Positions 36,074-46,729 of a stretch of DNA of 64,000 nt are shown here, in pieces. The DNA is from an uncultured Desulfosarcina sp. GTDB taxonomy: Bacteria; Desulfobacterota; Desulfobacteria; Desulfobacterales; Desulfosarcinaceae. Position 1 is the stretch's first letter. The number at the start of each line of letters is the position of its first letter. A program made the position numbers and the translations under genes. The notes under the pieces are model-generated. The model saw nothing but the letters and a program-made list of their open reading frames with translations. It was not told the origin of the DNA and made no database searches. Location: the NCBI GenBank assembly GCA_963674945.2, contig CAXXWQ010000004.1, positions 1,856,001 to 1,920,000 on the forward strand, in the 5' to 3' direction.

Positions 36074-37027
36074 ATGTCTTGGAAAGGAAAATGTCTCGGC
36101 CTGGTAATCCTGTTAGCGCTCTTTCTTGCTCCCGATTTGTCATGGTCTGATGACGCGGTTCGCATCGGCACGTGGAAGACACCCCAGACCATCCAGCCTT
36201 TTTTCTACCAAGAGTACCTGCCCGATACGATGAAGGCACGGATACTTCCCTTTACCAATCCGGCGGATCAGAAGACGGCACTTCTGGCAAAGAGCCTGGA
36301 CATGTGCGGCACCACATTGGCCCATGCCATTTACAGCGCCTCCGTCGGCCAACCAATCGTCATCGTTGCGGCGCTGTGCAACCGATGTTCGGCGCTGGTG
36401 GTAAAAAACGACGGCCCCATACGATCGGAAAAAGAGCTGGTCGGCAAAACCATCGGCTATGTGCCGGGCACCATGCACGAGATTCTCCTCCGGGAGACGC
36501 TGACCAGAAATGGCATTTCGCCGGCAAAGGGGGTGAAGCTCATGCGGGTCGACTTTTTCGACATGGGAACCGCCCTGGCCAGTGGCGTCATCGATGCATT
36601 TTTGTCCGGCGAACCGTTTCCCTCATTGGCGGTACACCAGGGATACGGACGCATTCTTTCCTATCCCTACTACGACGAATCCATCGGCACCATCAACGCC
36701 GGCATGCTGGTTCGGCGTGAAAGCATCGAAGGGTCCCCCGACAAAGTTTTCGAACTGGTCCTGGCCCACGCCCGTGCCACCCGATATTTGAGAAGCGATC
36801 GGAAGGCGTGGCTGGATCGGGCCCAAGGATTCGGCACGCCAAGGGATGTTCTGGAACGTGCGGCTTCCAACATGGAACTGGCCTGGGAAATGGATGCCGC
36901 CTTCGTGAAAAGAGCCAAAGCCCTGGGCGATCGCATGCAGGCACTGAACATGATCCAGCGGCAACCGAACTATGACCGGCTGTTTGATCTCTCCTTCGTA
37001 AAACGGGCAAGGGAAACAATTCGGTGA
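36074..37027 (+). CDS. ABC transporter substrate-binding protein (SsuA/TauA/NrtA type)
   Basis: Signal peptide; L.GKTIG, G.IDAF...EPF. Confidence 0.85.
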   Translation: MSWKGKCLGLVILLALFLAPDLSWSDDAVRIGTWKTPQTIQPFFYQEYLPDTMKARILPFTNPADQKTALLAKSLDMCGTTLAHAIYSASVGQPIVIVAALCNRCSALVVKNDGPIRSEKELVGKTIGYVPGTMHEILLRETLTRNGISPAKGVKLMRVDFFDMGTALASGVIDAFLSGEPFPSLAVHQGYGRILSYPYYDESIGTINAGMLVRRESIEGSPDKVFELVLAHARATRYLRSDRKAWLDRAQGFGTPRDVLERAASNMELAWEMDAAFVKRAKALGDRMQALNMIQRQPNYDRLFDLSFVKRARETIR

Positions 37028-37827
37028 CCGGGCGACACACACCATCGAAAGGACGCAACCATCTGCTGCCCTGGCTTTTGCCGGCCATTTTTCTGCTGCT
37101 CTGGTTCGGACTCAGCGAGACCGGCATCGTTCCCACCTACCTGCTCCCCTCTCCCCAGGGTGTTCTGGCCGCCGCAAAGGTCTACCTTTTCGATTTCTCC
37201 GGTAACGGTGCTTACGGGGGACGCTTCTTTTCCGACCTGATCGCCAGCACCACACGGGTGATGGGAGGATTCGGTCTGGCCGTGGCTGCAGGGCTACCGC
37301 TGGGCATCGTTTCGGGAAGGCTCGCCACTGTCAACCGGATGCTGAGCACGACCATCAATGGCTTGCGCGCCGTTCCCGGTATCAGTTGGCTGCCCCTGGC
37401 CATGGTCTGGTTTGGCGTCGGCTTGAAAACCACGATCTTTCTCGTGGCCCTGGCCGCCTTTTTCCCCATCTATCTCAACGCCGAAGCCGGCGCGCGTCAG
37501 GTCAATCCCTTGCTGCTGCAGGCCGGCGCCATGATGGGCGTGCGTCGGTTGCGCGGCACCTTTGCTATTCTGTTGCCCGCAGCCATGCCGCAGATCATCA
37601 CCGGCCTGCGGCTGGGCATGGGCATCTCCTGGGCCTATCTGGTACTGGGCGAACTGACCGGTGTGCCTGACGGCCTGGGAGCGCTAATCATGGATGCCCG
37701 CATGCTCGGCCGCATCGATATCATCGTCGTCGGGATCTTCGCCATCGCCGTGATCGGACGGCTGTTTGATATCGGCCTGCACCAATTGCTGCGGCTCTGC
37801 CTCAAGAGTGCCAGGAGGCTGGGATGA
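37024..37827 (+). CDS. ABC transporter permease (SsuC/TauC type)
   Basis: LPSP, RAVP.I.WLPL, LPAAMPQI.TGLRLG. Confidence 0.9.
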   Translation: MTGRHTPSKGRNHLLPWLLPAIFLLLWFGLSETGIVPTYLLPSPQGVLAAAKVYLFDFSGNGAYGGRFFSDLIASTTRVMGGFGLAVAAGLPLGIVSGRLATVNRMLSTTINGLRAVPGISWLPLAMVWFGVGLKTTIFLVALAAFFPIYLNAEAGARQVNPLLLQAGAMMGVRRLRGTFAILLPAAMPQIITGLRLGMGISWAYLVLGELTGVPDGLGALIMDARMLGRIDIIVVGIFAIAVIGRLFDIGLHQLLRLCLKSARRLG

Positions 37828-38627
37828 CCGATCAACGCACCGAAAACCACACAAGCGCATCGGATGCACCGGTAATTCTTGAAATCGACGATGTTAGCCA
37901 CCGGTTTCGTACCAATGATGCCGGCCCCATCGAGGTCTTGCGGAACGTCCGGTTTTCGGCGCAACGCGGTGAAATGATCTGTATCCTTGGACGGAGCGGA
38001 TGCGGCAAGACCACACTTCTCAAGCTGATCGCCGGATTTATCTCGCCCACCCGCGGCATGGTTGTGCTCAACGGACGGCGTGTCCGTCACCCGGGTCCGG
38101 ATCGCTGTATCGTATTCCAGGAGGACGCCCTGTATCCCTGGCTCACGGTCAGGGAGAACATCGGTTTTGGCCTGCAGGGTCGAGAAATGGATCGAAAGAC
38201 GATCCGTGGGGAGGTGGATCGGTTTCTCTCTCTCGTCGGGTTGCAGGATTTTGGCAATTATCTGCCCCAGGAGATTTCCGGCGGCATGAAGCAGCGGGTC
38301 GCTCTTGCCAGGGTCCTCATCCTCCAGCCGGAAGTGCTGCTCATGGACGAGCCCTTCGGGGCGCTGGACGCCCAGACGCGCGTGGAAATGCAAAACCTTT
38401 TGCTATCCCTCTGGAAAAAGCTGTCCCATACGGTCGTCTTCGTGACCCACGACGTAAACGAAGCGGTGCTGCTGGCAGACCGGATCATCCTCATGGACGA
38501 TAATCCCGGGCGTGTGCGGGAAGAGGTCCCCATCGACCTGCCACGACCGAGGGAAAAACAGGCGAACCGTTTCTATGATCACTGCCGATGGTTACTGGAC
38601 AAAATCAGTGAAAACGACGATCGCTGA
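37824..38627 (+). CDS. ABC transporter ATP-binding protein (SsuB/TauB type)
   Basis: GRSGCGKT, ISGGMKQR, LLMDEPFGALD. Confidence 0.93.
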   Translation: MTDQRTENHTSASDAPVILEIDDVSHRFRTNDAGPIEVLRNVRFSAQRGEMICILGRSGCGKTTLLKLIAGFISPTRGMVVLNGRRVRHPGPDRCIVFQEDALYPWLTVRENIGFGLQGREMDRKTIRGEVDRFLSLVGLQDFGNYLPQEISGGMKQRVALARVLILQPEVLLMDEPFGALDAQTRVEMQNLLLSLWKKLSHTVVFVTHDVNEAVLLADRIILMDDNPGRVREEVPIDLPRPREKQANRFYDHCRWLLDKISENDDR

Positions 38628-38632
38628 GACCA

Positions 38633-38735
38633 CAAGAGCCAGAATGAATTTAATGTCGCTTCGATCCAGCAATTGGATGAGATGGATCGAGCCGAAGGCG
38701 AATACCTGATTCTGGATTCTGTCTCCTGGAATCCT
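38633..38735 (+). repeat. About 100-120 bp repeated element, copy 1
   Basis: Shares the exact 40-mer ATGGATCGAGCCGAAGGCGAATACCTGATTCTGGATTCTG (38682-38721) with 39865-39904. Confidence 0.85.
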
Positions 38736-38786
38736 GTACCAATCCCCCACCAACAATCATTATTTCTGTTGTATGCGCCAAGCGGG

Positions 38787-38831
38787 TTGACATCGGCCGG
38801 CTCGTCCTATATATTCCTACGAAACGATATA
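38787..38831 (+). promoter_or_regulatory. arsR promoter with an overlapping palindromic operator
   Basis: TTGACA-17 bp-TATATT; TATAT-N12-ATATA dyad at 38810-38831. Confidence 0.65.
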
Positions 38832-38840
38832 GAGGGTACT

Positions 38841-39188
38841 ATGAAAACATTCATCAAGGTAATGAAGGCCCTTTCCGACCCCACTCGGATTAAAATTCTG
38901 AAAATCCTGGAAAAACGATTCATGTGCGTGTGCGAGCTGCAGACAGCCATCGGCGCAGCCCAGTCGACGACGAGCAAACATCTGAAAATTCTGGAAGATG
39001 CGGGCTTGGTCGATTCCCACAAAGACGGTCTATGGGTCAACTACACCATCGCCGACGGGCGGCAGAGTCCCTATGCGGCATCCATCTTAGGAAATCTTCG
39101 CCATTGGCTGAACGATGATCCGGAGATCTCTTCGATCCTGTCCGACATTCATGGAATCGATCGATTTGCCATTTTGAACAAAAACTAA
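38841..39188 (+). CDS. arsR: ArsR/SmtB family transcriptional repressor
   Basis: KALSDPTRIKI, MCVCEL, SKHLKIL..AGLV, GLWVNY. Confidence 0.9.
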   Translation: MKTFIKVMKALSDPTRIKILKILEKRFMCVCELQTAIGAAQSTTSKHLKILEDAGLVDSHKDGLWVNYTIADGRQSPYAASILGNLRHWLNDDPEISSILSDIHGIDRFAILNKN

Positions 39189-39299
39189 TTGTTTTACCGC
39201 CAATATATGAGTATATCACGATACAATGAAATAATGACAACTACTGATTATGAACTCCAGTTGTGTAGTATTCACCGTTAGAAGAGAGTGTTGAGAAAA

Positions 39300-39779
39300 A
39301 TGCAAAAGAAAACGAGAATTCTTTTTTTGTGCACCGGAAACTCATGCCGCAGCCAGATGGCCGAGGGATGGGCGAACCATCTGAAGCGTGATGTGATCGA
39401 AGCGCGGTCGGCGGGCATCGAAACCCATGGACTCAATCCTCTGGCGGTCAAGGCCATGGCCGAGAAAGGCGTTGACATCTCCCATCACCAATCCAAGCTG
39501 GCCAAGGATTTTCTTGACGAACCGTGGGATTTCGTGGTGACGCTCTGCGGCCACGCCCGCGAGACCTGCCCCTACTTCCCGGGGCCGGTACGAATCGTTC
39601 ATATGGGTTTCGACGATCCGCCGACATTGGCCAAGGACGCACCCGACGAGGCGGCGGCCATGGTCCACTATCGCCGTATACGCGACGAGATTCGCACCTT
39701 CGTGCAATCCCTTCCCGAGGCCTTGGACAACCCGAGTAAAAATCCGGTTTCAGAGGACCCGGCTTCGGGCTCCCTATAA
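39300..39779 (+). CDS. arsC: Thioredoxin-type arsenate reductase (LMWP family)
   Basis: LFLCTGNSCRSQMAEG, TLC...ETCP, GFDDP. Confidence 0.92.
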   Translation: MQKKTRILFLCTGNSCRSQMAEGWANHLKRDVIEARSAGIETHGLNPLAVKAMAEKGVDISHHQSKLAKDFLDEPWDFVVTLCGHARETCPYFPGPVRIVHMGFDDPPTLAKDAPDEAAAMVHYRRIRDEIRTFVQSLPEALDNPSKNPVSEDPASGSL

Positions 39780-39807
39780 GGGGATGCATTACGAGCGTAT
39801 GGTATCG

Positions 39808-39924
39808 CAGGAGCCAGGAGTCAGAATGAATCCGATGTCGCTTTGCCCCATCGAGTTGGAAAATATGGATCGAGCCGAAGGCGAATACCTGATTCTGGAT
39901 TCTGAATTCTGACTCCTGGATTCT
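39808..39924 (+). repeat. Repeated element, copy 2, with heptamer-based inverted ends
   Basis: CCAGGAGTCAGAAT...ATTCTGACTCCTGG terminal inverted repeat; tandem ATTCTG(G/A) heptamers. Confidence 0.85.
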
Positions 39925-40011
39925 TTTAAGAAGCATACGGCAGGGCCGATGAACACTGACCTGGTCGATAGAGCCAGTTTTCTAAACGCCTTTATAAGGA
40001 GTGCCCACCTT

Positions 40012-41205
40012 ATGACTGACAGCTCCCCCCAAACCAATGAACGGAAGATGACCAGTATCTTTGAGCGCTACCTCACCGTCTGGGTGCTATTGTGCATCCT
40101 CGGCGGCATCCTGCTGGGAAAGATCGCTCCCGGCGTTGCCCGGGCGCTGGATGGCATGGCCATCTTCGTGAACGGCGCACCGGTGGTCTCCATCCCCATC
40201 GCCATCTGTCTTTTCTTCATGATGTACCCCATCATGGTCAAGATCGATTTCGGTGAGGTGATCAAGGCGGGCAAAAGCGGAAAACCGGTATTTCTCACCC
40301 TTTTCATCAACTGGGCCGTCAAGCCCTTTACCATGTACGCCATCGCACTGTTTTTCCTGGGCACCCTGTTTCATGGTTTCATCGGGCCGGAAGCGATGGA
40401 CCATGTGAAGATGCCCTTCGGCCTGGATCTTCCCGTGGGCGCCGCCCACGGTGCCGGAACCGTGGTATTGGTGGACGGCATCAAGATGCTGGAAGTCCCC
40501 TTGTGGCGAAGTTATCTTGCCGGATGCATCTTGCTTGGCATCGCCCCGTGCACGGCCATGGTGCTGGTGTGGGGATACCTCTCCCGGGGAAACGACGGGC
40601 TAACGCTGGTCATGGTCGCCATCAACTCCCTTACCATGCTTTTGCTCTACGGCGTCCTGGGCGGATTCCTGCTGGGTGTGGGACGCCTTCCGGTACCCTG
40701 GCAGGCACTTTTGCTCTCCATCGGTATTTACGTGGCACTTCCCCTCGTGGCAGGATATTTTTCCCGGCGCTGGATCATCGGTGCCAAGGGTGAGATTTGG
40801 TTCAAAGAGAAGTTCCTGCACGTGCTCACCCCCATCACCATCATCGCCCTGCTTGCCACGCTCGTCCTTCTCTTCTCCTTCAAAGGAGAAGTCATCCTCG
40901 GCAATCCGCTCACAATCTTGTGGATCGCCGTTCCCCTTTTCATCCAGACGGTGTTGATCTTTGCCATGGGATACGGATTGGCAAAACTGATGAAACTTCG
41001 CTATGAGGATGCCGCACCGTCCGCCATGATCGGCGCATCCAACCACTTCGAGGTGGCCATTGCCACATCGACCATGCTCTTCGGCCTCTCCTCCGGAGCC
41101 GCCCTGGCAACGGTGGTGGGCGTTCTCATCGAGGTCCCGGTGATGCTCATGCTGGTCAAGATCTGCCTCAATACCCGGTCATGGTTCCAACATGACGACA
41201 AATGA
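40012..41205 (+). CDS. acr3: Acr3 family arsenite efflux transporter
   Basis: [44 protein letters not shown]. Confidence 0.93.
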   Translation: MTDSSPQTNERKMTSIFERYLTVWVLLCILGGILLGKIAPGVARALDGMAIFVNGAPVVSIPIAICLFFMMYPIMVKIDFGEVIKAGKSGKPVFLTLFINWAVKPFTMYAIALFFLGTLFHGFIGPEAMDHVKMPFGLDLPVGAAHGAGTVVLVDGIKMLEVPLWRSYLAGCILLGIAPCTAMVLVWGYLSRGNDGLTLVMVAINSLTMLLLYGVLGGFLLGVGRLPVPWQALLLSIGIYVALPLVAGYFSRRWIIGAKGEIWFKEKFLHVLTPITIIALLATLVLLFSFKGEVILGNPLTILWIAVPLFIQTVLIFAMGYGLAKLMKLRYEDAAPSAMIGASNHFEVAIATSTMLFGLSSGAALATVVGVLIEVPVMLMLVKICLNTRSWFQHDDK

Positions 41206-42553
41206 GAAGGATGCCGGGACCATTTGCCGCCAGGTCATCCAAGAATGCGCAGACTGTGACACATGCAGGTTCCTCATGGATGAGGATTGCCTGTTCTTTC
41301 CGGAACTTTACCGTATCGTAGACACGAAGGAGAATACCGGCAGGATCCCCGACGAACGGACGTTGAGAAACCTGGTGGACCTTTGCACGCTTTGCGGCCT
41401 GTGTCCATGCTCGAGCATTCGTACACAAATCACAAAGGCAAAGGCGGCATTTGCCCGAAGCAGGGGAGTACCGTTGCGAAGCCGCGTTCTGGCTGACCTT
41501 CAATGGATCGGACGTGCCTGCAGCTTGCTTCCGAAGTTCGCAAATTCGGCCGCGTCCAGCAAACCCGTTCAAGTGGCCATCAAAAAGCTGATGGGCATCC
41601 ATCCGAAACGGGAGATGCCATTAATCCCCCATCAAAGCTTCTTCGCCTGGGCGAAAAACCGCGGCTTGTGTACGCCTCGCGACAATGGTCACGGTGTCGC
41701 CTATTTTTGCGGATGCACGGCCGGCTATCTGTTTCCCGAGGTGGCCCGGGCGGCGGTAAAGGTTCTGGAGAGAAATGGGAACCAAGTATACGTTCCTCCC
41801 CAAGCGTGTTGCGGCATGCCCACCCTGGTGGAAGGCATTGCGGCAACGACCCGTAAAAGGACCCGAAGCAACCTCCATTCGCTGCTGGAGGCCTCGGATA
41901 TGGGATATCAACTCGTCGGATCGTGTCCTACCTGCGGATACTTGATCAAAGTGTTACTGCGGGGAGGGGCTCATCTTTCCCAATCCTACCAACGATCGGT
42001 GGGGGCTGGTGACGACGAGATCAAGATACCCCATGAAAGCGGCGAAGGATTCACCTCCCTGAAAAAATCATTGTACGGCACCATAATGAAAGACGGCGGA
42101 CCCTTCAGCACACTATCGCCCATGGATCGCATTGCCCTCGCCGATAGATTTCAGGATATCGGTGAATATCTATCCACCCTTCTCTATGCCGGACGTCTGG
42201 ACACCCGCTTTCACCCCATCCATGAGAAGATGGCGTACTTCGCCCCCTGCCACCAGCGGGAACAGAAAATTGGAACACCGTACATGGATCTGCTTTCGAA
42301 GATTCCCGGCCTCACCCTCCAGATAGTAGGCGGCGCAATGGATTGTTGCGGCATGGGAGGCGCCTTGGGATTTAAAAAAGATTTTTATGGCGACTCCGTG
42401 TCCATCGGCAGCCCCATCGCTGCCAAAATCCAGGCGTTGACCCCGGAAGCGGTGGTAACGGACTGCTTGAGCTGCCGGCTGCAATTTCAACATCTGCTGG
42501 CCTGCCCGGTGTACCATCCCCTGGAAATCCTTATGCGAGCATATGTCCCATAG
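41192..42553 (+). CDS. GlpC/HdrD-like Fe-S oxidoreductase with CCG domains
   Basis: CADCDTC and CTLCGLC 4Fe-4S motifs; CCGMP...CPTC; PCH...CCGMGG...DCLSC. Confidence 0.85.
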   Translation: MTTNEKDAGTICRQVIQECADCDTCRFLMDEDCLFFPELYRIVDTKENTGRIPDERTLRNLVDLCTLCGLCPCSSIRTQITKAKAAFARSRGVPLRSRVLADLQWIGRACSLLPKFANSAASSKPVQVAIKKLMGIHPKREMPLIPHQSFFAWAKNRGLCTPRDNGHGVAYFCGCTAGYLFPEVARAAVKVLERNGNQVYVPPQACCGMPTLVEGIAATTRKRTRSNLHSLLEASDMGYQLVGSCPTCGYLIKVLLRGGAHLSQSYQRSVGAGDDEIKIPHESGEGFTSLKKSLYGTIMKDGGPFSTLSPMDRIALADRFQDIGEYLSTLLYAGRLDTRFHPIHEKMAYFAPCHQREQKIGTPYMDLLSKIPGLTLQIVGGAMDCCGMGGALGFKKDFYGDSVSIGSPIAAKIQALTPEAVVTDCLSCRLQFQHLLACPVYHPLEILMRAYVP

Positions 42554-42716
42554 GTTCGGCAGACCGGTTTTCTCCACCAATAAAGATTCCAGATTGCTGA
42601 TCACGATAGTACCAGCCTTCATCCAAGTGCGTCAGAAACCCCATTGGTCTGGACACCGTCGACAACTGTGGTGTATGGTAACGTACCAAAAAGAATAAAC
42701 GAGTCAACAATCACAA

Positions 42717-44579
42717 ATGTCATCATCACGAATCGCACTGCGGCAATTTACACAAGGACCGGCAATCATGTCCATGGCGACGCTCTTGCTCGCCCTTTAC
42801 CTTTGTATCCCGGGATGGGCCGTCGCAGGTGATATGCCCGGCGTCACCGCCGAGGATACCGTCACCCGCGCCCATGCCATCGCCATGAACAAGGAGCCGA
42901 AATATCCCTCGGGCTTCGACCATTTCCATTACGTCAACCCCCGCGCACCCAAGCAGGGCCTTCTCCGCCAGGCGTCCATCGGCACCTTCGATTCGCTGAA
43001 TCCCTATATCGCCAAGGGGAATCCGGCCGACGGCCTGGGATTTACCTATGACACACTCATGGTATCCTCCGAAGACGAGCCCTTCACCCACTATGGCCTG
43101 ATCGCCGAAACCATCGAGTATCCGGCCGACCGGTCGTGGGTGATCTTTCACATCGATCCGCAAGCCCGGTTCCATGACGGCCGACCGGTGACCGCCGCGG
43201 ATGTGGTCTTCTCCTTTACCATCCTCATGGAGAAGGGATCACCCCTTTACTCCCGCTATTATGCCGACGTCACCGAAGTTCGGGCACTGGACGACCGGCG
43301 CGTGCGATTCGACTTCAAAGAGGGATCCAACCGCGAACTGCCGCTGATCCTGGGACAGCTGCCCGTTTTGCCCCAACACGCCTGGAAGGACCGTGATTTC
43401 GGGCAGACCACCCTGGACCCGCCCCTGGGATCGGGGCCCTATCGCATCGCCGGGATCGACCCGGGCCGTTCCATCACCTATGAACTGGACCCCGACTACT
43501 GGGGCCGGGACCTGCCGGTCAATCGCGGCCGTTTCAATTTTGCCCGCATGCGGTTCGACTACTACCGCGATGCCACGGTGTCACTGGAGGCGTTCAAAAG
43601 CGGTGCCTACGATTTCCGCCTGGAGAATATCGCCAAACAATGGGCCACGGCCTACACGGGCCCGCCATTCGAACAGGGTCGCATTGTCAAGGAAGAGATC
43701 CCCAATCAAATCCCCGCTGGCATGCAGTGCTTTGTGATGAACCAGCGCAGGCCGCTGTTCGCCGATCGGCGGGTGCGATTTGCTCTGGCCCATGCCTTCG
43801 ACTTCGAGTGGACCAATCAGCAGCTGTTTTACGGTATGTATCGTCGGACGGACTCCTATTTCGAAAACTCCGAGATGGAGGCAAAAGGGCTGCCATCACC
43901 GGCGGAACTCGCCATTTTAAGCCCGCTTCGCGACCTTTTGTGGCCCGAAGTTTTCACAAAGGACTATTCCCCTCCCTCGACCGCGGGGCCCAACGGATTA
44001 CGAAAAAATCTGCTTGCGGCCCTACAAATGCTCCGTGTGGCCGGATGGCATGTCGAGGATGGTATTTTGCGGAACAATGAAACCGGAGAGCCCTTCAGCT
44101 TCGAAATCCTGATTGTTCAGCCCTCCTTCGAACGGGTCGTGCTGCCCTTTACCGCCAATTTGAAACGGCTGGGCATCCGTGCCCAGGTGCGCCTCGTGGA
44201 CAGCTCCCAGTACATCAACCGCCTACGCGAATTCGATTACGACATGATCGTGGCCGTCTTCGGCCAGTCCCTGTCACCGGGAAACGAACAGCGATGGTAC
44301 TGGAGCTCCCAGGCGGCCGATATTCCGGGAACACGTAACTATGCCGGAATCAAGAGCGAGGCCGTCGACCGCCTCGTGGAGTTGGTCATCGCTGCCGACT
44401 CGCGAGAGGCCCTGGTGAACCGTTGCAGAGCACTGGACCGAGCCCTTCTCTGGGGACATTACGTGATTCCCCACTGGTACGTGGGGCAATTCCGCGTAGC
44501 CTATGCCTCCCGGCTCAGGCATCCCGAGAACCTGCCGCCCTATGGACTGGCACTGGATTCCTGGTGGATGGAGAAGTAG
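42717..44579 (+). CDS. yejA: Peptide/microcin C ABC transporter substrate-binding protein
   Basis: HAIAM..EPKY...F.HF.YVNP.APK.G, GSGPY, SPGNEQ. The start may be 42768. Confidence 0.88.
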   Translation: MSSSRIALRQFTQGPAIMSMATLLLALYLCIPGWAVAGDMPGVTAEDTVTRAHAIAMNKEPKYPSGFDHFHYVNPRAPKQGLLRQASIGTFDSLNPYIAKGNPADGLGFTYDTLMVSSEDEPFTHYGLIAETIEYPADRSWVIFHIDPQARFHDGRPVTAADVVFSFTILMEKGSPLYSRYYADVTEVRALDDRRVRFDFKEGSNRELPLILGQLPVLPQHAWKDRDFGQTTLDPPLGSGPYRIAGIDPGRSITYELDPDYWGRDLPVNRGRFNFARMRFDYYRDATVSLEAFKSGAYDFRLENIAKQWATAYTGPPFEQGRIVKEEIPNQIPAGMQCFVMNQRRPLFADRRVRFALAHAFDFEWTNQQLFYGMYRRTDSYFENSEMEAKGLPSPAELAILSPLRDLLWPEVFTKDYSPPSTAGPNGLRKNLLAALQMLRVAGWHVEDGILRNNETGEPFSFEILIVQPSFERVVLPFTANLKRLGIRAQVRLVDSSQYINRLREFDYDMIVAVFGQSLSPGNEQRWYWSSQAADIPGTRNYAGIKSEAVDRLVELVIAADSREALVNRCRALDRALLWGHYVIPHWYVGQFRVAYASRLRHPENLPPYGLALDSWWMEK

Positions 44580-45668
44580 ATGACCGCATATATCATCAGA
44601 CGCCTTTTGCTGATCATCCCAACCCTTTTCGGGATCATGACCATCAACTTTTTCGTCATCCAGGCGGCACCGGGTGGACCGGTGGAACAGTTGTTGGCCA
44701 ATCTGGAAGGCCAGGCCGTAAGTGCGACGGAGCGCTTTTCCGGGGGCGATACGGCCGAACTTCTCACCCGAGGCGGTCAGAAGGAGAGTACTTACCGCGG
44801 CGCCCAGGGGCTGGACGCCGATCTGGTGGAACGCATCGAGAAGATGTACGGTTTCGACAAGCCCCTGCACAAACGCTTCGTCGAAATGCTCGCCAACTAC
44901 GCCACCTTCGATTTCGGTGACAGCTTCTACCAGGATCGCAGTGTCATCGACATCATCGTTTCCAAGTTGCCGGTCTCCATCTCCCTCGGGCTGTGGTCCA
45001 CACTCCTGATCTACCTGGTCTCCATCCCCCTGGGCATCAAGAAGGCGGTGGAACACGGCTCGCGCTTCGATATCGTCAGTTCCACGGCGATCATCATCGG
45101 CAATGCCGTGCCGGTATTCCTCTTTGCCGTACTGCTGGTGGTCCTCTTCGCCGGCGGCGCCTATCTGGACTGGTTTCCATTGCGGGGACTCACCTCGGAG
45201 AACTGGTCGTCCCTCTCCTGGCCCATGCGGATCCTCGACTACTTCTGGCATCTGGTATTGCCGGTCACCGCCATCACCATCGGCGGCTTCGCCACCTTGA
45301 CCATGCTGACCAAAAACTCTTTTCTGGACGAAATCGGAAAACAGTACGTGGTAACGGCACGGGCCAAGGGAATCTCCGAGCGCCGGGTGCTCTATTTCCA
45401 CGTCTTTCGCAACGCCATGCTGATCATCATCGCCGGCTTTCCGGCGGCCTTCATCAGCATGTTCTTCACCGGTTCGCTTCTCATCGAGGTGATCTTCTCA
45501 CTGGACGGATTGGGTCTTCTGGGTTATACGTCCACCATCACCCGCGACTATCCGGTCATGTTCGCAACGCTCTATATTTTCACCCTGGTGGGCCTTTTGT
45601 TGAAAATCGTTTCCGATATCACCTACATGCTGGTCGATCCCCGCATCGACTTCGAAACCCGGATGTAA
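44580..45668 (+). CDS. yejB: Peptide ABC transporter permease
   Basis: [13 protein letters not shown]...APGGPVEQ...YRGAQGLD...DPRIDFE. Confidence 0.92.
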   Translation: MTAYIIRRLLLIIPTLFGIMTINFFVIQAAPGGPVEQLLANLEGQAVSATERFSGGDTAELLTRGGQKESTYRGAQGLDADLVERIEKMYGFDKPLHKRFVEMLANYATFDFGDSFYQDRSVIDIIVSKLPVSISLGLWSTLLIYLVSIPLGIKKAVEHGSRFDIVSSTAIIIGNAVPVFLFAVLLVVLFAGGAYLDWFPLRGLTSENWSSLSWPMRILDYFWHLVLPVTAITIGGFATLTMLTKNSFLDEIGKQYVVTARAKGISERRVLYFHVFRNAMLIIIAGFPAAFISMFFTGSLLIEVIFSLDGLGLLGYTSTITRDYPVMFATLYIFTLVGLLLKIVSDITYMLVDPRIDFETRM

Positions 45669-45673
45669 GGGAT

Positions 45674-46729
45674 ATGAAGCTGACCCGCAAACCACAAAAC
45701 CCTATCAACCGGCGCCGCTGGCGAAACTTCCGGTCCAACCGCCGCGGATGGTGGTCCCTGTGGATTTTTCTGATCCTCTTTGCCGGATCCATGGGGGCCG
45801 AATTGATCGCCAACGACAAGCCCCTCGTGGTCCGGTTCAAGGGGTCGTTCTACCTGCCCGTGGTGGCCACCTACCCCGAGACCACCTTCGGCGGCGATTT
45901 TCCCACCGAGACCGATTACCGGGATCCCTTCGTCCAGGAACTGATCGAGGCCGAGGGATGGATGCTCTGGCCGCCGATCCGGTTTTCCTACGATACCATC
46001 AACTGGCGGCTGGGACGTCCGGCGCCCAGCCCGCCCACCGCCGACAACTGGCTGGGTACCGACGACCGAGGACGCGACGTGGCCGCCCGCCTGATCTATG
46101 GATTTCGCATCTCGGTGATCTTCGGACTGGTTCTCACCCTTGCCAGTACGATTATCGGCGTGGCGGCAGGCGCCGTTCAAGGATTCTACGGCGGCCGCAT
46201 CGACATTTTCGGCCAGCGGTTTATCGAGATCTGGCAGGGGCTGCCGGTGCTGTTTCTGCTCATCATTCTCTCCTCCTTCGTGCAGCCCAATTTCTGGTGG
46301 CTCTTGGGCATCATGCTGCTCTTCTCGTGGATGACCCTGGTGGACGTGGTGCGGGCCGAATTTCTCCGGGGCCGCAACCTCGATTACGTCAGGGCGGCGC
46401 GCACGCTGGGCGCCGGAGACCTGACCATCATGTTCCGGCACGTGCTGCCCAACGCAATGATCGCCACCGTCACCTTCATGCCCTTCATCCTCAACGGCTC
46501 CATCACCACCCTTACCAGCCTGGACTTTCTCGGCTTCGGCATGCCGCCGGGTTCCCCGAGTCTGGGAGAACTGCTGGCCCAGGGAAAGGCCAATCTGCAG
46601 GCGCCATGGATCGGTATATCCACCTTTATCGTACTTGCGTTGCTGCTCTCCCTGCTGGTCTTCATCGGTGAGGCAGCCCGGGATGCATTCGACCCCCGTC
46701 ATGATCCAACCCAGGGAGGCCGCCCATGA
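45674..46729 (+). CDS. yejE: Peptide ABC transporter permease
   Basis: RRW..F..NRRG.WSL, AELIAND.P, LGTDDRGRDV. Confidence 0.92.
   Translation: MKLTRKPQNPINRRRWRNFRSNRRGWWSLWIFLILFAGSMGAELIANDKPLVVRFKGSFYLPVVATYPETTFGGDFPTETDYRDPFVQELIEAEGWMLWPPIRFSYDTINWRLGRPAPSPPTADNWLGTDDRGRDVAARLIYGFRISVIFGLVLTLASTIIGVAAGAVQGFYGGRIDIFGQRFIEIWQGLPVLFLLIILSSFVQPNFWWLLGIMLLFSWMTLVDVVRAEFLRGRNLDYVRAARTLGAGDLTIMFRHVLPNAMIATVTFMPFILNGSITTLTSLDFLGFGMPPGSPSLGELLAQGKANLQAPWIGISTFIVLALLLSLLVFIGEAARDAFDPRHDPTQGGRP

Noticed and set aside
38633..39924. Repeats as a CRISPR array
   Set aside because: Only two copies about 1.2 kb apart, with genes between them and no cas genes
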